Shown in pieces: positions 1 to 8,317 of a stretch of 20,984 bases of DNA. The DNA lies in NCBI GenBank assembly GCA_043753995.1, contig JAYUVP010000254.1:1-20984 (forward strand). Direction: 5' to 3'. The notes under the pieces are model-generated. The model was given only the letters and a program-made list of their open reading frames with translations. It was not told the origin of the DNA and made no database searches. The position numbers and the translations under genes were made by a program. The stretch comes from Fibrobacterota bacterium. GTDB taxonomy: Bacteria; Fibrobacterota; Fibrobacteria; UBA11236. Positions within the stretch are counted from its first letter, which is position 1, and each line of letters starts with the position of its first letter.

Positions 1-1
1 A

Positions 2-1735
2 GCCGATGCCTTGGTTGCGGCGGCGGAGAAATACAATATCGTCATCAGCGCAGGCGCCAAGGTCTATACCGACAAGGCCATGACCCCGGCCTCCTTGATC
101 ACCAGCTCCCAACTCACCACCGAATTAAACGGCCTCGATACCTTGTGGGTGACCGGTGATCCCGCAGGTCCCGATAATCAAGTCGTGACCTTGAATGTGC
201 AGGGCTCAAGTAAGAAAGTCACCCTCACCTTCAAATTGCCTCCGCCCATCGTGGTGGAATTCCAAGCGCCTTTCACGGTGGTTTCGCCTGTCACCGCCGT
301 GGTCTCCGTGATTGCTGCCACCTATCAAAAAGGCGTTTTCAAGGACACCACCATGGCCTATAAAGTCACCCTCACCAACCCGAATGGCGTCAAGGTTTAT
401 AGCGACAAGGCCATGACACCCGCCTCCCTTATCGCCACCGGCGCGAATTTGTCCACCGAAATGACCGGGTATGACACCTTGTGGCTAGTTGGTGACCCCA
501 CCGCCTTTGTCGACCAAGTCGTCACCTTGCAAGCCGTCAATTCAACTAAAGCGGTGACGGTGACCTTTCAATTGCCACCTGTAGTCTTGCCGAAAATCCT
601 ATCCGCAGGAATTTATGACCGCGACGCCAATGGCGTCGGCGACACCATCGTGGCCGTTTTCGACAGCAGCTTGGTGGCCAAGGCTCCTAAGCAAGTGTCC
701 TATACCTGGCCTACATCCGGTACACCGGTCAATGTGGCGGGCAGCACACTCACAGGAATGGTCGATGCTGCAGGCACCCAATTGACTCTGGGCATCGCAG
801 CACCTGGAACCGCTACATTGACTACTGGGACCGGTGTGTTCACCGCCACCTATTTCGTACGCGGCAAGGACACGACCATTTCCGCGCCCTTGCTCGACCG
901 CATCCCCCCTTTATTGACCAAGGCGGAGGCGCATCAAGGCAAAACGGGTGACACTCTGGTGCTCAACTTTTCTGAACCCTTCACTTTCACGGGAACCACC
1001 GCACCGAATACCCAATGGTTCGACTTCAGAACCGGCTCTGACTCGGTCCTGAATTATGTGCCTACTTCGATTGGCTGGACGGATGGCAATACCAACGCCA
1101 TCCTCGTTTTTGCGGGCGGTATACCCTCGCCACAACCCGGCCAAAAAGTCCGCATTGCTCCCGGACCCGGCCGCTTGGCGGATGCCCTAGGCAATGGAGT
1201 CACCGAAAAGTCGCGCTACCGCGTCATTGGCGGCTTGAAGAATACCGGAATTACTTCGCTCACTTATTTGGTAGGCGATCCCAAATTCGCCAATTCGACG
1301 GAACCCGCCATTACTCTGAAGCGTGTGGACTTTTCGGATAGTGCGAAAAAAATCGGTATCGAAACGGGCCGCTTGGGCCACCTGATTAAAATCGACTTGG
1401 GCGACTATGCCGTGAGTGATGATTTCAGCACGGTCTCAGCTGCGGAAGTGCACTTGAAGTGGAGCGTCACTTATTACACGAATACCGGCACCTTCGTGAA
1501 TCACGCCGACGGCGATTTGCAATGCAAGGACCCTGTCGTTTTCCCGGGCGGTGATTGCACCTTACCCAAAAATCGTGGCAACCTTTTCCTGGGCTGGAAT
1601 TTGACGACCAAAACCGGCGCCAAAAGCGGCACCGGCGCCTTTATCGCTCGCCTCAAGTTTAAGGCTTATGCGGGACAAAAAGTGGTGGCCGAGAAAAATC
1701 AAGATGAGCGCTGGGGTTACATTCGCAATTTTTAG
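2..1735 (+). CDS. Large secreted surface protein, 5'-truncated; C-terminal region resembles Fibrobacter fibro-slime-family proteins
   Basis: Frame is open from the window edge, so the TTG at 11 is not necessarily the start. Thr/Val-rich beta-sandwich repeats and a DxDxNGxxD motif (YDRDANGVGD). The C-terminal pattern YYTNTGTFVN..C.D..F..C...FLGWN....G..SGTGAFIARL...WG..R matches my recall of fibro-slime protein C-termini. The fibro-slime domain itself is not in the window. Confidence 0.6.
   Translation, partial: ADALVAAAEKYNIVISAGAKVYTDKAMTPASLITSSQLTTELNGLDTLWVTGDPAGPDNQVVTLNVQGSSKKVTLTFKLPPPIVVEFQAPFTVVSPVTAVVSVIAATYQKGVFKDTTMAYKVTLTNPNGVKVYSDKAMTPASLIATGANLSTEMTGYDTLWLVGDPTAFVDQVVTLQAVNSTKAVTVTFQLPPVVLPKILSAGIYDRDANGVGDTIVAVFDSSLVAKAPKQVSYTWPTSGTPVNVAGSTLTGMVDAAGTQLTLGIAAPGTATLTTGTGVFTATYFVRGKDTTISAPLLDRIPPLLTKAEAHQGKTGDTLVLNFSEPFTFTGTTAPNTQWFDFRTGSDSVLNYVPTSIGWTDGNTNAILVFAGGIPSPQPGQKVRIAPGPGRLADALGNGVTEKSRYRVIGGLKNTGITSLTYLVGDPKFANSTEPAITLKRVDFSDSAKKIGIETGRLGHLIKIDLGDYAVSDDFSTVSAAEVHLKWSVTYYTNTGTFVNHADGDLQCKDPVVFPGGDCTLPKNRGNLFLGWNLTTKTGAKSGTGAFIARLKFKAYAGQKVVAEKNQDERWGYIRNF
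59..580 (+). repeat. Intragenic tandem domain repeat, period 333 nt (111 aa)
   Basis: KVYTDKAMTPASLI...DTLWVTGDP...QVVTL...KVTLTFKLPP (from nt 59) recurs as KVYSDKAMTPASLI...DTLWLVGDP...QVVTL...AVTVTFQLPP (from nt 392). Confidence 0.9.
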
Positions 1736-1752
1736 CGCCTATTTTATAGGGC

Positions 1753-3477
1753 ATGCGAAATTCGAATGCCCTGAAGCCTTTCCAAAGCCCCTTGCTGGCA
1801 AAAACTCTGAGGGCAAGCCTTTCGACCTGGGTCGGAGGGCTTTTTTTATGCCTCGCTGCGCCGACCCAGGCGCAATCGCAAGGCCGGGTATTGGATAAAG
1901 CTGGCCAACCCATAGCCAAGGCCGAAGTGCTTTGGCTGGAGGGACAGATCAAGGACAGCACCGATAGCCAGGGCCGATTTGAAATTCAAATCCCTGCATC
2001 CCTTTCGTCGAAATCTCATCGTCGAGAAGGTTTGCATTGGCAAGGCACCGAGCAAGGGCTTGCCCTCGATTGGAGCTTGGCCATTCCCGCCCAGGCGACC
2101 CTTTATTCGCTTCAGGGCAAGGTTATGAGCCGGGCTTGGCTGCGAATGGGAAAAAATGCCCTCCCCTTAAAATCGGGCCATCCCATAGGCTGGCTACAGA
2201 TTGTGGCTCCAGGCTACTATCGATGGTGGCGAATCACCCAAGCGGGTGGCAAACCTTCCCTGCAAGCCATAGCGGAGAAAAACTTGGCCGCTCCCCTGCG
2301 GGCGCTGGCGCGCATGTCGGCATTGCCGCAAGCGCTCATGACTTTGCAGGTACAAGCTCAAGGTTTTACGGAAAGAACCTTGGCCTTTGCTTCGAGAGAC
2401 ACGGCGATCATCACCTTATTGCCACAAAGCGCTGGCCTAAGCGACCGATTGCGTCTCCTGCTGGGCGATAGCTTGGGTTTGAAATTGGCTTGGCTGCAAG
2501 ATCCGGGCGACGGCAAAATGACCTTGCATTGGGCCGATAAAACCGACCTCGACACCTTGGCTGGACGTCAAGGTGCTGCCGTTTCACCGACAGCTTGGAA
2601 GGCGAAAACCTTGGCCGATTCCAAAGGAGCCACCTTGCCCAGTTGGTCACCCTCAGGCAAGGCCTTGGCCTATGAAACCGGACTGGAAGCGCAAACCGTG
2701 ACGAATAGCCGCATTTACTTGCAACCCTTGAATGGCGCTAGGATCAATGGGCCGGCCTATCCCGCCACCAATCCCCGCTTCGCGGTCATTCCCAAGGATT
2801 CCTTAGGCCGAGATACCCTTTTGCTTTGGTGCACCTCAGGTGCAGGCAGCGGCTATGACGACAAGAACTCTTCCACGGTGGCGCAAGGCTGGCTCAGCGA
2901 CGTGCTCACGGGCTCGTCTTTCACGCTTGCAGCAGGCAGTTACAATGGCGGACTATCGCCCGACGGCCGCTTTCTTGCGGCGGGATACCCCAGGGGATTG
3001 TGGATCGATCGCGTCACTCAGGAGAGACGTAACGCGCATGTTTACCCTGGCTCGTCCAATGGGATCGACAGCCTGCAAATTTGTAATGTCTCGATTTCCC
3101 GTGACCTGGCCCACCCTGCTCGTATGCTTTTCATTGATTTCGGTATATCCGCAGGTGCGGGATACCCCAATCTGATTCGCCCCGCCGCTTATGGCCAACA
3201 TCAAATGCTGATTTTGGCGGACTATCAGGAAGATGCGCCTGGCCGCATTGCCGATTTCATCGACACCCCTCGACGCGAATTGGCCGCAGGCAAAACTTGG
3301 GAAGATCCAGAGTGGTCTACCCATGGCGACTTCGCCGTAGCCACCACGCGCTTAGACAATGGCGATGCCGTCACCCAACCGGATATTTATCTCATTCGTT
3401 TATCGTCGCATGAATGCCTTAAGCTCATCAGCGGGGAAAGCTTTTATATGCCGATTGCCTGGTTGGGAAAGCCCTAA
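1753..3477 (+). CDS. Secreted protein with an N-terminal carboxypeptidase-regulatory-like domain and a C-terminal TolB-like / TIGR02171-like beta-propeller region
   Basis: Signal peptide ending TQA-QS. GRVLDKAGQPIAKAEV...TDSQGRF domain. PD40-like PSWSPSGKALAY. Motifs GSYNGGLSPDG, QICNVS, MLFIDFG and PEWSTHGDFAVAT are shared with the 19408-20694 protein. Confidence 0.7.
   Translation: MRNSNALKPFQSPLLAKTLRASLSTWVGGLFLCLAAPTQAQSQGRVLDKAGQPIAKAEVLWLEGQIKDSTDSQGRFEIQIPASLSSKSHRREGLHWQGTEQGLALDWSLAIPAQATLYSLQGKVMSRAWLRMGKNALPLKSGHPIGWLQIVAPGYYRWWRITQAGGKPSLQAIAEKNLAAPLRALARMSALPQALMTLQVQAQGFTERTLAFASRDTAIITLLPQSAGLSDRLRLLLGDSLGLKLAWLQDPGDGKMTLHWADKTDLDTLAGRQGAAVSPTAWKAKTLADSKGATLPSWSPSGKALAYETGLEAQTVTNSRIYLQPLNGARINGPAYPATNPRFAVIPKDSLGRDTLLLWCTSGAGSGYDDKNSSTVAQGWLSDVLTGSSFTLAAGSYNGGLSPDGRFLAAGYPRGLWIDRVTQERRNAHVYPGSSNGIDSLQICNVSISRDLAHPARMLFIDFGISAGAGYPNLIRPAAYGQHQMLILADYQEDAPGRIADFIDTPRRELAAGKTWEDPEWSTHGDFAVATTRLDNGDAVTQPDIYLIRLSSHECLKLISGESFYMPIAWLGKP
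1817..1847 (+). terminator. Rho-independent terminator-like hairpin with U7 tail
   Basis: GCCTTTCGAC-CTGG-GTCGGAGGGC followed by TTTTTTT. The 10-bp stem has two G-U pairs that form only on the + strand. It lies about 80 nt after the upstream stop but inside the 1753 ORF. Confidence 0.65.
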
Positions 3478-3540
3478 TCGAGTCGCGAAAAATCGTATTT
3501 TGATCGGGCATAGCCCAATCATCGTTTTTGTGAGGCCCTT

Positions 3541-4047
3541 GTGAACCGCTTCCACCGTTTTCCTTCCATAATCTTCTTAGGTCTCATCACCACCTTGCCC
3601 TTAGCCTGGATGGCTTGTGGGGGGGACGAAAATATCACGGGTCCTGTCGCCGAAAAGTCCTGCTCCGAAATCGGCGATAGCCTGAAGTCGGCGCAAGGAA
3701 GTGACAACTCCGTCTTTCGCGTGATCAAGCCCAATGGCGGCGAAACCTATCATATCGGCGACACCTTGCGAATTCGAGCGGCCAGCAATATCAATGCGAA
3801 CAATTCGCTTTTGGAATTACTGGTGACCCGCGGCGATGTGACAGATAGAGTTGTCTTGAATCCGGGAGGCAGCAGCATGAATCTCCATCAAAACTGCGAT
3901 CTCACTCTGGTATTAAAAGATTCTATGAGCGCCGGCAGCAAGATGATTTCCATGGTTTCCGATAGCATTAAAGTTCGGGCAAGTAATTATCAAAACAATA
4001 CCCAACGCGATTTGAGCGATGGGTATTTCCGCGTCTTATCGCATTGA
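3541..4047 (+). CDS. Putative lipoprotein with an Ig-like (Kre9/KNH-type, PNGGE) domain
   Basis: Hydrophobic signal with lipobox-like WMA-C. Motifs VIKPNGGETYHIGDTLRI and C-terminal DLSDGYFRV. GTG start with GAGG upstream. Confidence 0.7.
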   Translation: MNRFHRFPSIIFLGLITTLPLAWMACGGDENITGPVAEKSCSEIGDSLKSAQGSDNSVFRVIKPNGGETYHIGDTLRIRAASNINANNSLLELLVTRGDVTDRVVLNPGGSSMNLHQNCDLTLVLKDSMSAGSKMISMVSDSIKVRASNYQNNTQRDLSDGYFRVLSH

Positions 4048-4221
4048 TTGCAAGCCCTGAGGAACCTCGGCATAACCGCGGCCGCGTAAACGATACATGG
4101 CCTCTTCCAAGCGCCATGCGGGCAGCGGCCGCTCCATCTGAAATTCTTGAAAGTTGGCATACAAATCGGTCATGCGATTCCACTTGGGGAAGACTTCGGG
4201 GTTTTGACTTTGGTCGCGCAT
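4036..4221 (-). CDS. Putative small protein (61 aa), unknown function
   Basis: ATG preceded by AAGGAG at 6-nt spacing. Fills an otherwise empty gap and overlaps the convergent gene by 12 nt. No recognised homology. Confidence 0.4.
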   Translation of the reverse strand: MRDQSQNPEVFPKWNRMTDLYANFQEFQMERPLPAWRLEEAMYRLRGRGYAEVPQGLQSMR

Positions 4222-4289
4222 GGCTGTCTCCTTTGGCCTTATTCCCCATTTCCGTGGGGCTTATACCTTAGTTTTCGGCGACTTTTTCT

Positions 4290-4307
4290 AACAAGGTAAG
4301 CCTTGTT
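4290..4307. promoter_or_regulatory. Perfect 7-bp inverted repeat (operator or weak terminator)
   Basis: AACAAGG-TAAG-CCTTGTT followed by T-rich TGCTTTGTCTT on the + strand; intergenic. Confidence 0.3.
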
Positions 4308-4369
4308 TGCTTTGTCTTGACCTCTATCAAACCCAAGTTCTCAAGGAACGCCCGACCTCCGCTTAGGCC

Positions 4370-5971
4370 TTATGGGCCGAAGTTATTCCTTAGCGTCGTT
4401 TCCTGGTTCAAGTCATAAACGGAAAAGGACCCAACCTGAAATAGAAATCGTTGACTTAACCAAGCTTTTTCTGGAACTGTACGGCCCTGCACTTCTTCAC
4501 GAGACAGTACGGCTCGCTCAGGAAATACGCCGAATAAAGATCCCAGAACCGATTGAACCGAATCCATGGGCGTGCCCATAGGAATATTCGCGCCCGCAAA
4601 AGGTGTACGCCAATTGAAGCGAGTAAAATCGAATGCTGCCAGGGCGAAGGGTTTTTCAATAGCTAATCGATTTTCTAATTCGGTTAACCCGGCATAAAGA
4701 AAGGCCGCTTCACTTTCACTCGCGAGTTTGCGTTGCCAAAATCGATGTGGGGAGATGAAAATCGAAAGGAGCAATAGGAAAAGGACAGGCATCACAAAAT
4801 GTTTCCATCGGAACGAGGGAAACTTGCCCGTGTATTCTTCCACCCAAGCGGCAAGAGCATGCCCCGCAAAACCAAAACAGGCGGGCATTAGAAAATGAAT
4901 GAAGCGTTCGCACCAACTGACCGGGGATATCCAAATCGTTACCGCCAAGGTGGGTAAGGCACCGAGTATCAAAACCTGCACCGTGAATTGGCGTCGCAAT
5001 TTCCAGGCACCGAAAAGTCCCAGTATAATCAGCGGTACGGTCCGTCCATAATCGGCGTCGGAAAGCCGCGAAGCCAGCGCCACCACGCCCAGGAAAGGCC
5101 GCAGCAGCAAGGCTTGCCAACCCTGCTCGGCGAGAAAATGACTCATGGAAAGCGGTACCTCATGCGCCGCGCGGAAATCCCGCAATGACGTCGCCCAAAG
5201 GATGTCGCCCGATTCTGAAGCCAACGGACTTCCGAAAGTGATAGCGCTATCCATTAGCCTAGGTGCCATGATCACAAGGGCACTTCCCAGGCCAAAGGCC
5301 CAGGCATTAGGCCACTTCTTTCTTCCCAGGAATAGGCAAAGCGACAAAGCCAAAGGAAGGAAAATGCCATTGGTGCGGAAATAGAGACCTAGTCCCGCCA
5401 CTCCACAGGCGAGGCCAGCCGCGAAGATGGGACGCGTCGGCAACCCTCGGACGGCAATAGCCAGCGAAGCATAGGTAATGGCCAGCATGGGTGTTTCGGT
5501 ATGAATCCAAGTGCCATATTCAATTTGGGAAAAGGAGAGAGCGGTGAATAACGCGCAAGCGGCACCCGCCCAGGGACCCGCCATTTTCCAGAGCCAATAC
5601 AGGGAGGCAGCCAATCCCAAAATGGCGAGGCAGAAAATGAGTATTCGCCCAGCTCGCAGGGGATCGCGAAAGTTCATCCAGGGGGCAAGCAGGGCGGGCA
5701 ATCCAGGCTGCACCAGGCTTTGCCGATAAGGGCGGATTTTCCTGGGGAGAATTTTCCCGGTGCGAAAGGAGTTGGAATCGCGGGCCACGACGCCTCGTGG
5801 AATAAAATGCCAAGCGGACAAAGCTTGGCCAGAGTCTCTCATGTATCGCGCTACATGAAGGTAGGCGCCTTCATCTGCTTGGGGATCATCACTTTGTTCA
5901 ATGCGCTGAATCCGTAAAAACAAAAACAGTAAAACCCCAAGCACTGCGAAAATTTTGGGCCAAGTTCCCAT
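4370..5971 (-). CDS. GT-C fold membrane glycosyltransferase (ArnT/PMT-like, GT39/GT83 type)
   Basis: N-terminal TM helix followed by an acidic DE motif (ADEGAY), QPGLPALLA, HTETP, RTNG and ERF motifs, and about 10 or more hydrophobic segments. Confidence 0.75.
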   Translation of the reverse strand: MGTWPKIFAVLGVLLFLFLRIQRIEQSDDPQADEGAYLHVARYMRDSGQALSAWHFIPRGVVARDSNSFRTGKILPRKIRPYRQSLVQPGLPALLAPWMNFRDPLRAGRILIFCLAILGLAASLYWLWKMAGPWAGAACALFTALSFSQIEYGTWIHTETPMLAITYASLAIAVRGLPTRPIFAAGLACGVAGLGLYFRTNGIFLPLALSLCLFLGRKKWPNAWAFGLGSALVIMAPRLMDSAITFGSPLASESGDILWATSLRDFRAAHEVPLSMSHFLAEQGWQALLLRPFLGVVALASRLSDADYGRTVPLIILGLFGAWKLRRQFTVQVLILGALPTLAVTIWISPVSWCERFIHFLMPACFGFAGHALAAWVEEYTGKFPSFRWKHFVMPVLFLLLLSIFISPHRFWQRKLASESEAAFLYAGLTELENRLAIEKPFALAAFDFTRFNWRTPFAGANIPMGTPMDSVQSVLGSLFGVFPERAVLSREEVQGRTVPEKAWLSQRFLFQVGSFSVYDLNQETTLRNNFGP

Positions 5972-5986
5972 TGGGCGAGGTCCCCA

Positions 5987-7390
5987 TTAGGCGACGGATT
6001 TGCCACGCGTGACCACAGATGCATTCTCCTGCGAATCGTCTCTCAATAGGGCCACCATTTTTCGCGCCGTAGCCAAGCCCGAAACCACAGGTTGATCGCT
6101 GCTATCATAAACGAAAAGACCGTTGCGGCCGCATAATTCCAAGCCGGAGAATTGGCCTAGCCAATGGAGCAAGGCTTGCCGATGGGCCTCATAACCCACC
6201 TCATAAACCGGATAAACGTTTTTGACACGCACCACCGACCACGCGAGCAATTTTCCAGTGACGTTCGTGACGCCTTGGCTGAGTTGGTCATAGGTGCGAT
6301 GGGCCAATTCTGAATCGTCCAAGTTCCACAGGCCCTCCCCACGCCAGCAGGGCAATTCCAAAACCACGGCTGTGGTGCCAGGCAGGCTTACCATTTCCGG
6401 AGACCAGTTTTTCGGTTCATGCAGGCGAACGAAATCAAGCCCGGAACTTTGAGTGTAAATCCAAGTATCGAAGGTGAATTTTTCCTGCTCCAAGTGCAAG
6501 GTCACCACTAGAAAATCGCGAAAGCGTATGGCATGCCGGTGAGGCTGAATTTCCACTGGCAGGGTATGAACGCAAGTGTCCACCATGATGTCCAAGGGCA
6601 AGGTACCGACCACCTTGCGGCATGGAACCGAGATGGAATGGCCGCCGCTGGCTTCGAATTGCAATTCGAAGCCCCAGTCGGTGCGACGCCATTGGACCAA
6701 ACGATGTCCAAGAAAAATTCGACCTCCCGCAGCAGTGACGATTTCTGCCATGCGTTCACAAAAACGACCATAACCTTTTTTGGGATACAGGAATTCATCG
6801 ATGGCTTCGAAATCACGGACCTTGGTGAAAAAACCTTTGAGGATTTTCCACAAAGTCAAATTATCGGATCGTTGGCCGACCCACCGACCATCGAGACGGT
6901 CGCAGGGTATGCCCCAAAGCCGCTCCGTATAATCTTTGAAAAACTTTTCATAAATGGCGCGGCCAAAATTCCGAATATAGGCCTGCTCGGCATGGACTAT
7001 GGGCGTAGGCTTTCGAAGGCGCTCGCGAATCAAGCTTAGTGCGGCATAAACTCCGAATTTCAAACCTAAGAGGCGGACCACGTCCCCGAAGCGAATGGGA
7101 TATTGGAAAAATCGATCGGGACCATAGGCGATACGACTAAAACGTTTTACCTGTAACAATTCACCCGATAATGTTTCCCGGAAGAACTGGTCCACCTCCG
7201 CATTATTGGAATACCAACGGTGTCCGCCCAAATCGAAGGAATAGTCCTTTTCCCTCACGGTCATGCCTAAGCCGCCTACCTGGGCTTGGGCCTCATAGAC
7301 CAAGGGTGGATAGCCGTTCTCGGTAAGCTTTACTGCGGCGGTTAGTCCGGAAATTCCAGCACCCAAGACCACCACATCCTGCACTTCCAT
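5987..7390 (-). CDS. FAD-dependent oxidoreductase (protoporphyrinogen oxidase / UDP-galactopyranose mutase-like family common in glycosylation loci)
   Basis: GAGISG dinucleotide-binding motif, VGGL, FDLGGHRW, LWG, FLYPKKGYG, and C-terminal YPVY and GRNGLFVY. Confidence 0.8.
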   Translation of the reverse strand: MEVQDVVVLGAGISGLTAAVKLTENGYPPLVYEAQAQVGGLGMTVREKDYSFDLGGHRWYSNNAEVDQFFRETLSGELLQVKRFSRIAYGPDRFFQYPIRFGDVVRLLGLKFGVYAALSLIRERLRKPTPIVHAEQAYIRNFGRAIYEKFFKDYTERLWGIPCDRLDGRWVGQRSDNLTLWKILKGFFTKVRDFEAIDEFLYPKKGYGRFCERMAEIVTAAGGRIFLGHRLVQWRRTDWGFELQFEASGGHSISVPCRKVVGTLPLDIMVDTCVHTLPVEIQPHRHAIRFRDFLVVTLHLEQEKFTFDTWIYTQSSGLDFVRLHEPKNWSPEMVSLPGTTAVVLELPCWRGEGLWNLDDSELAHRTYDQLSQGVTNVTGKLLAWSVVRVKNVYPVYEVGYEAHRQALLHWLGQFSGLELCGRNGLFVYDSSDQPVVSGLATARKMVALLRDDSQENASVVTRGKSVA

Positions 7391-7420
7391 GGAGCTACCG
7401 CCTTCCGAATCTGCCTTGGC

Positions 7421-7450
7421 ATGGTATCATGGCAGACAGCATCCGGACAA
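7421..7450 (-). promoter_or_regulatory. Putative sigma70-type promoter for the oxidoreductase-glycosyltransferase pair
   Basis: Minus strand TTGTCC-18 nt-TACCAT with an extended TG, about 30 nt upstream of the ATG at 7390. Confidence 0.35.
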
Positions 7451-7490
7451 GGTCAAGTCCACTAGCCAAGCAAGGCTGGCGCGCGAATTT

Positions 7491-8288
7491 TCAGCGCTCT
7501 TCCACGTGATCCCATTGCGTTTCGGGGCTCACGACTAGGGGCTGAATAAGGCCCTGCCGCAAGGCCCATATTCCGTGGTCCGTATTAGAAGCCGAGCCAA
7601 AGCCATTGATATAGGTGCGCCGCGGCCTATCGCTGCGGTTCTCGGCGCTGCCATGGATGGTATAAGCCGTCCACAAAGCCATGTCGCCAGGAGCGAGTAA
7701 GGCATTCACCGGCGCGGGAAAGCGAGCCAAGACTTCGGCATTCGCCGTATTGCCTGCTGCATAATTCTCATACCCGCCTGCCAGCAAAGAGCGACATTCA
7801 CGATGCGATCCGGGAATAAATTGCAAGCACCCGTTTTCCGGTGTGGCGGCGTCGATGGCCACCGCGCATTGCAAAAAGCTGCGGCCCAAATCACGATAAG
7901 CTGCATCGGGTTTGCGAAAGCTGCAATCCTGATGGAATTGAAAACTCACGGCATCCCCAGGCATTTTATAATGCATTTGATTGGTGATTTGCTTTAAATC
8001 CTCGCCGAGCCGAGCGCGCAAGGGCTCAAGCATGCGCAGATCGAGGCGATAATCGTTCAGCACTTTGTCTTCAGCGCTGGCCCATTTGGCGAATTTGAAG
8101 GTGGGCTTGCCCTGAATGTCGATGACGCGGAATTCGGTGATGCCGCTTTTGTACGAAACTTGAAGATTTTGCGCGCGCGCCAAAATGCGATCAAAAGCAG
8201 CCGATAAAACCTGTATGTCGAGCGGTCCGAAAACGCCGCGAAGAATGGCAAAACCGTGCTCTTCCAAATATTGTGCCCAGGGGGCCAT
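7491..8288 (-). CDS. Phytanoyl-CoA dioxygenase (PhyH) family Fe(II)/2-oxoglutarate dioxygenase
   Basis: HQD...H iron triad (FHQD, TIHGS), ENGCLQFIPGSH and NRSDRPRR motifs. GAGGAG RBS upstream. Confidence 0.88.
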   Translation of the reverse strand: MAPWAQYLEEHGFAILRGVFGPLDIQVLSAAFDRILARAQNLQVSYKSGITEFRVIDIQGKPTFKFAKWASAEDKVLNDYRLDLRMLEPLRARLGEDLKQITNQMHYKMPGDAVSFQFHQDCSFRKPDAAYRDLGRSFLQCAVAIDAATPENGCLQFIPGSHRECRSLLAGGYENYAAGNTANAEVLARFPAPVNALLAPGDMALWTAYTIHGSAENRSDRPRRTYINGFGSASNTDHGIWALRQGLIQPLVVSPETQWDHVEER

Positions 8289-8317
8289 GCTCGCTCCTCG
8301 CTCTGAACTTCATGCTA

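Noticed and set aside
3500..3528. Hairpin TGATCGGGC-ATA-GCCCAATCA as a terminator
   Set aside because: Mismatched stem, and the T-run is separated from the stem; too weak to call.
4044..4271. Plus-strand 75-aa ORF and minus-strand 3968-4249 ORF
   Set aside because: No convincing RBS or homology. The 4036-4221 frame has the better initiation signal.
5987..7390. hemY or glf gene symbol
   Set aside because: Only family-level motifs are visible, and the context does not establish either specific function.
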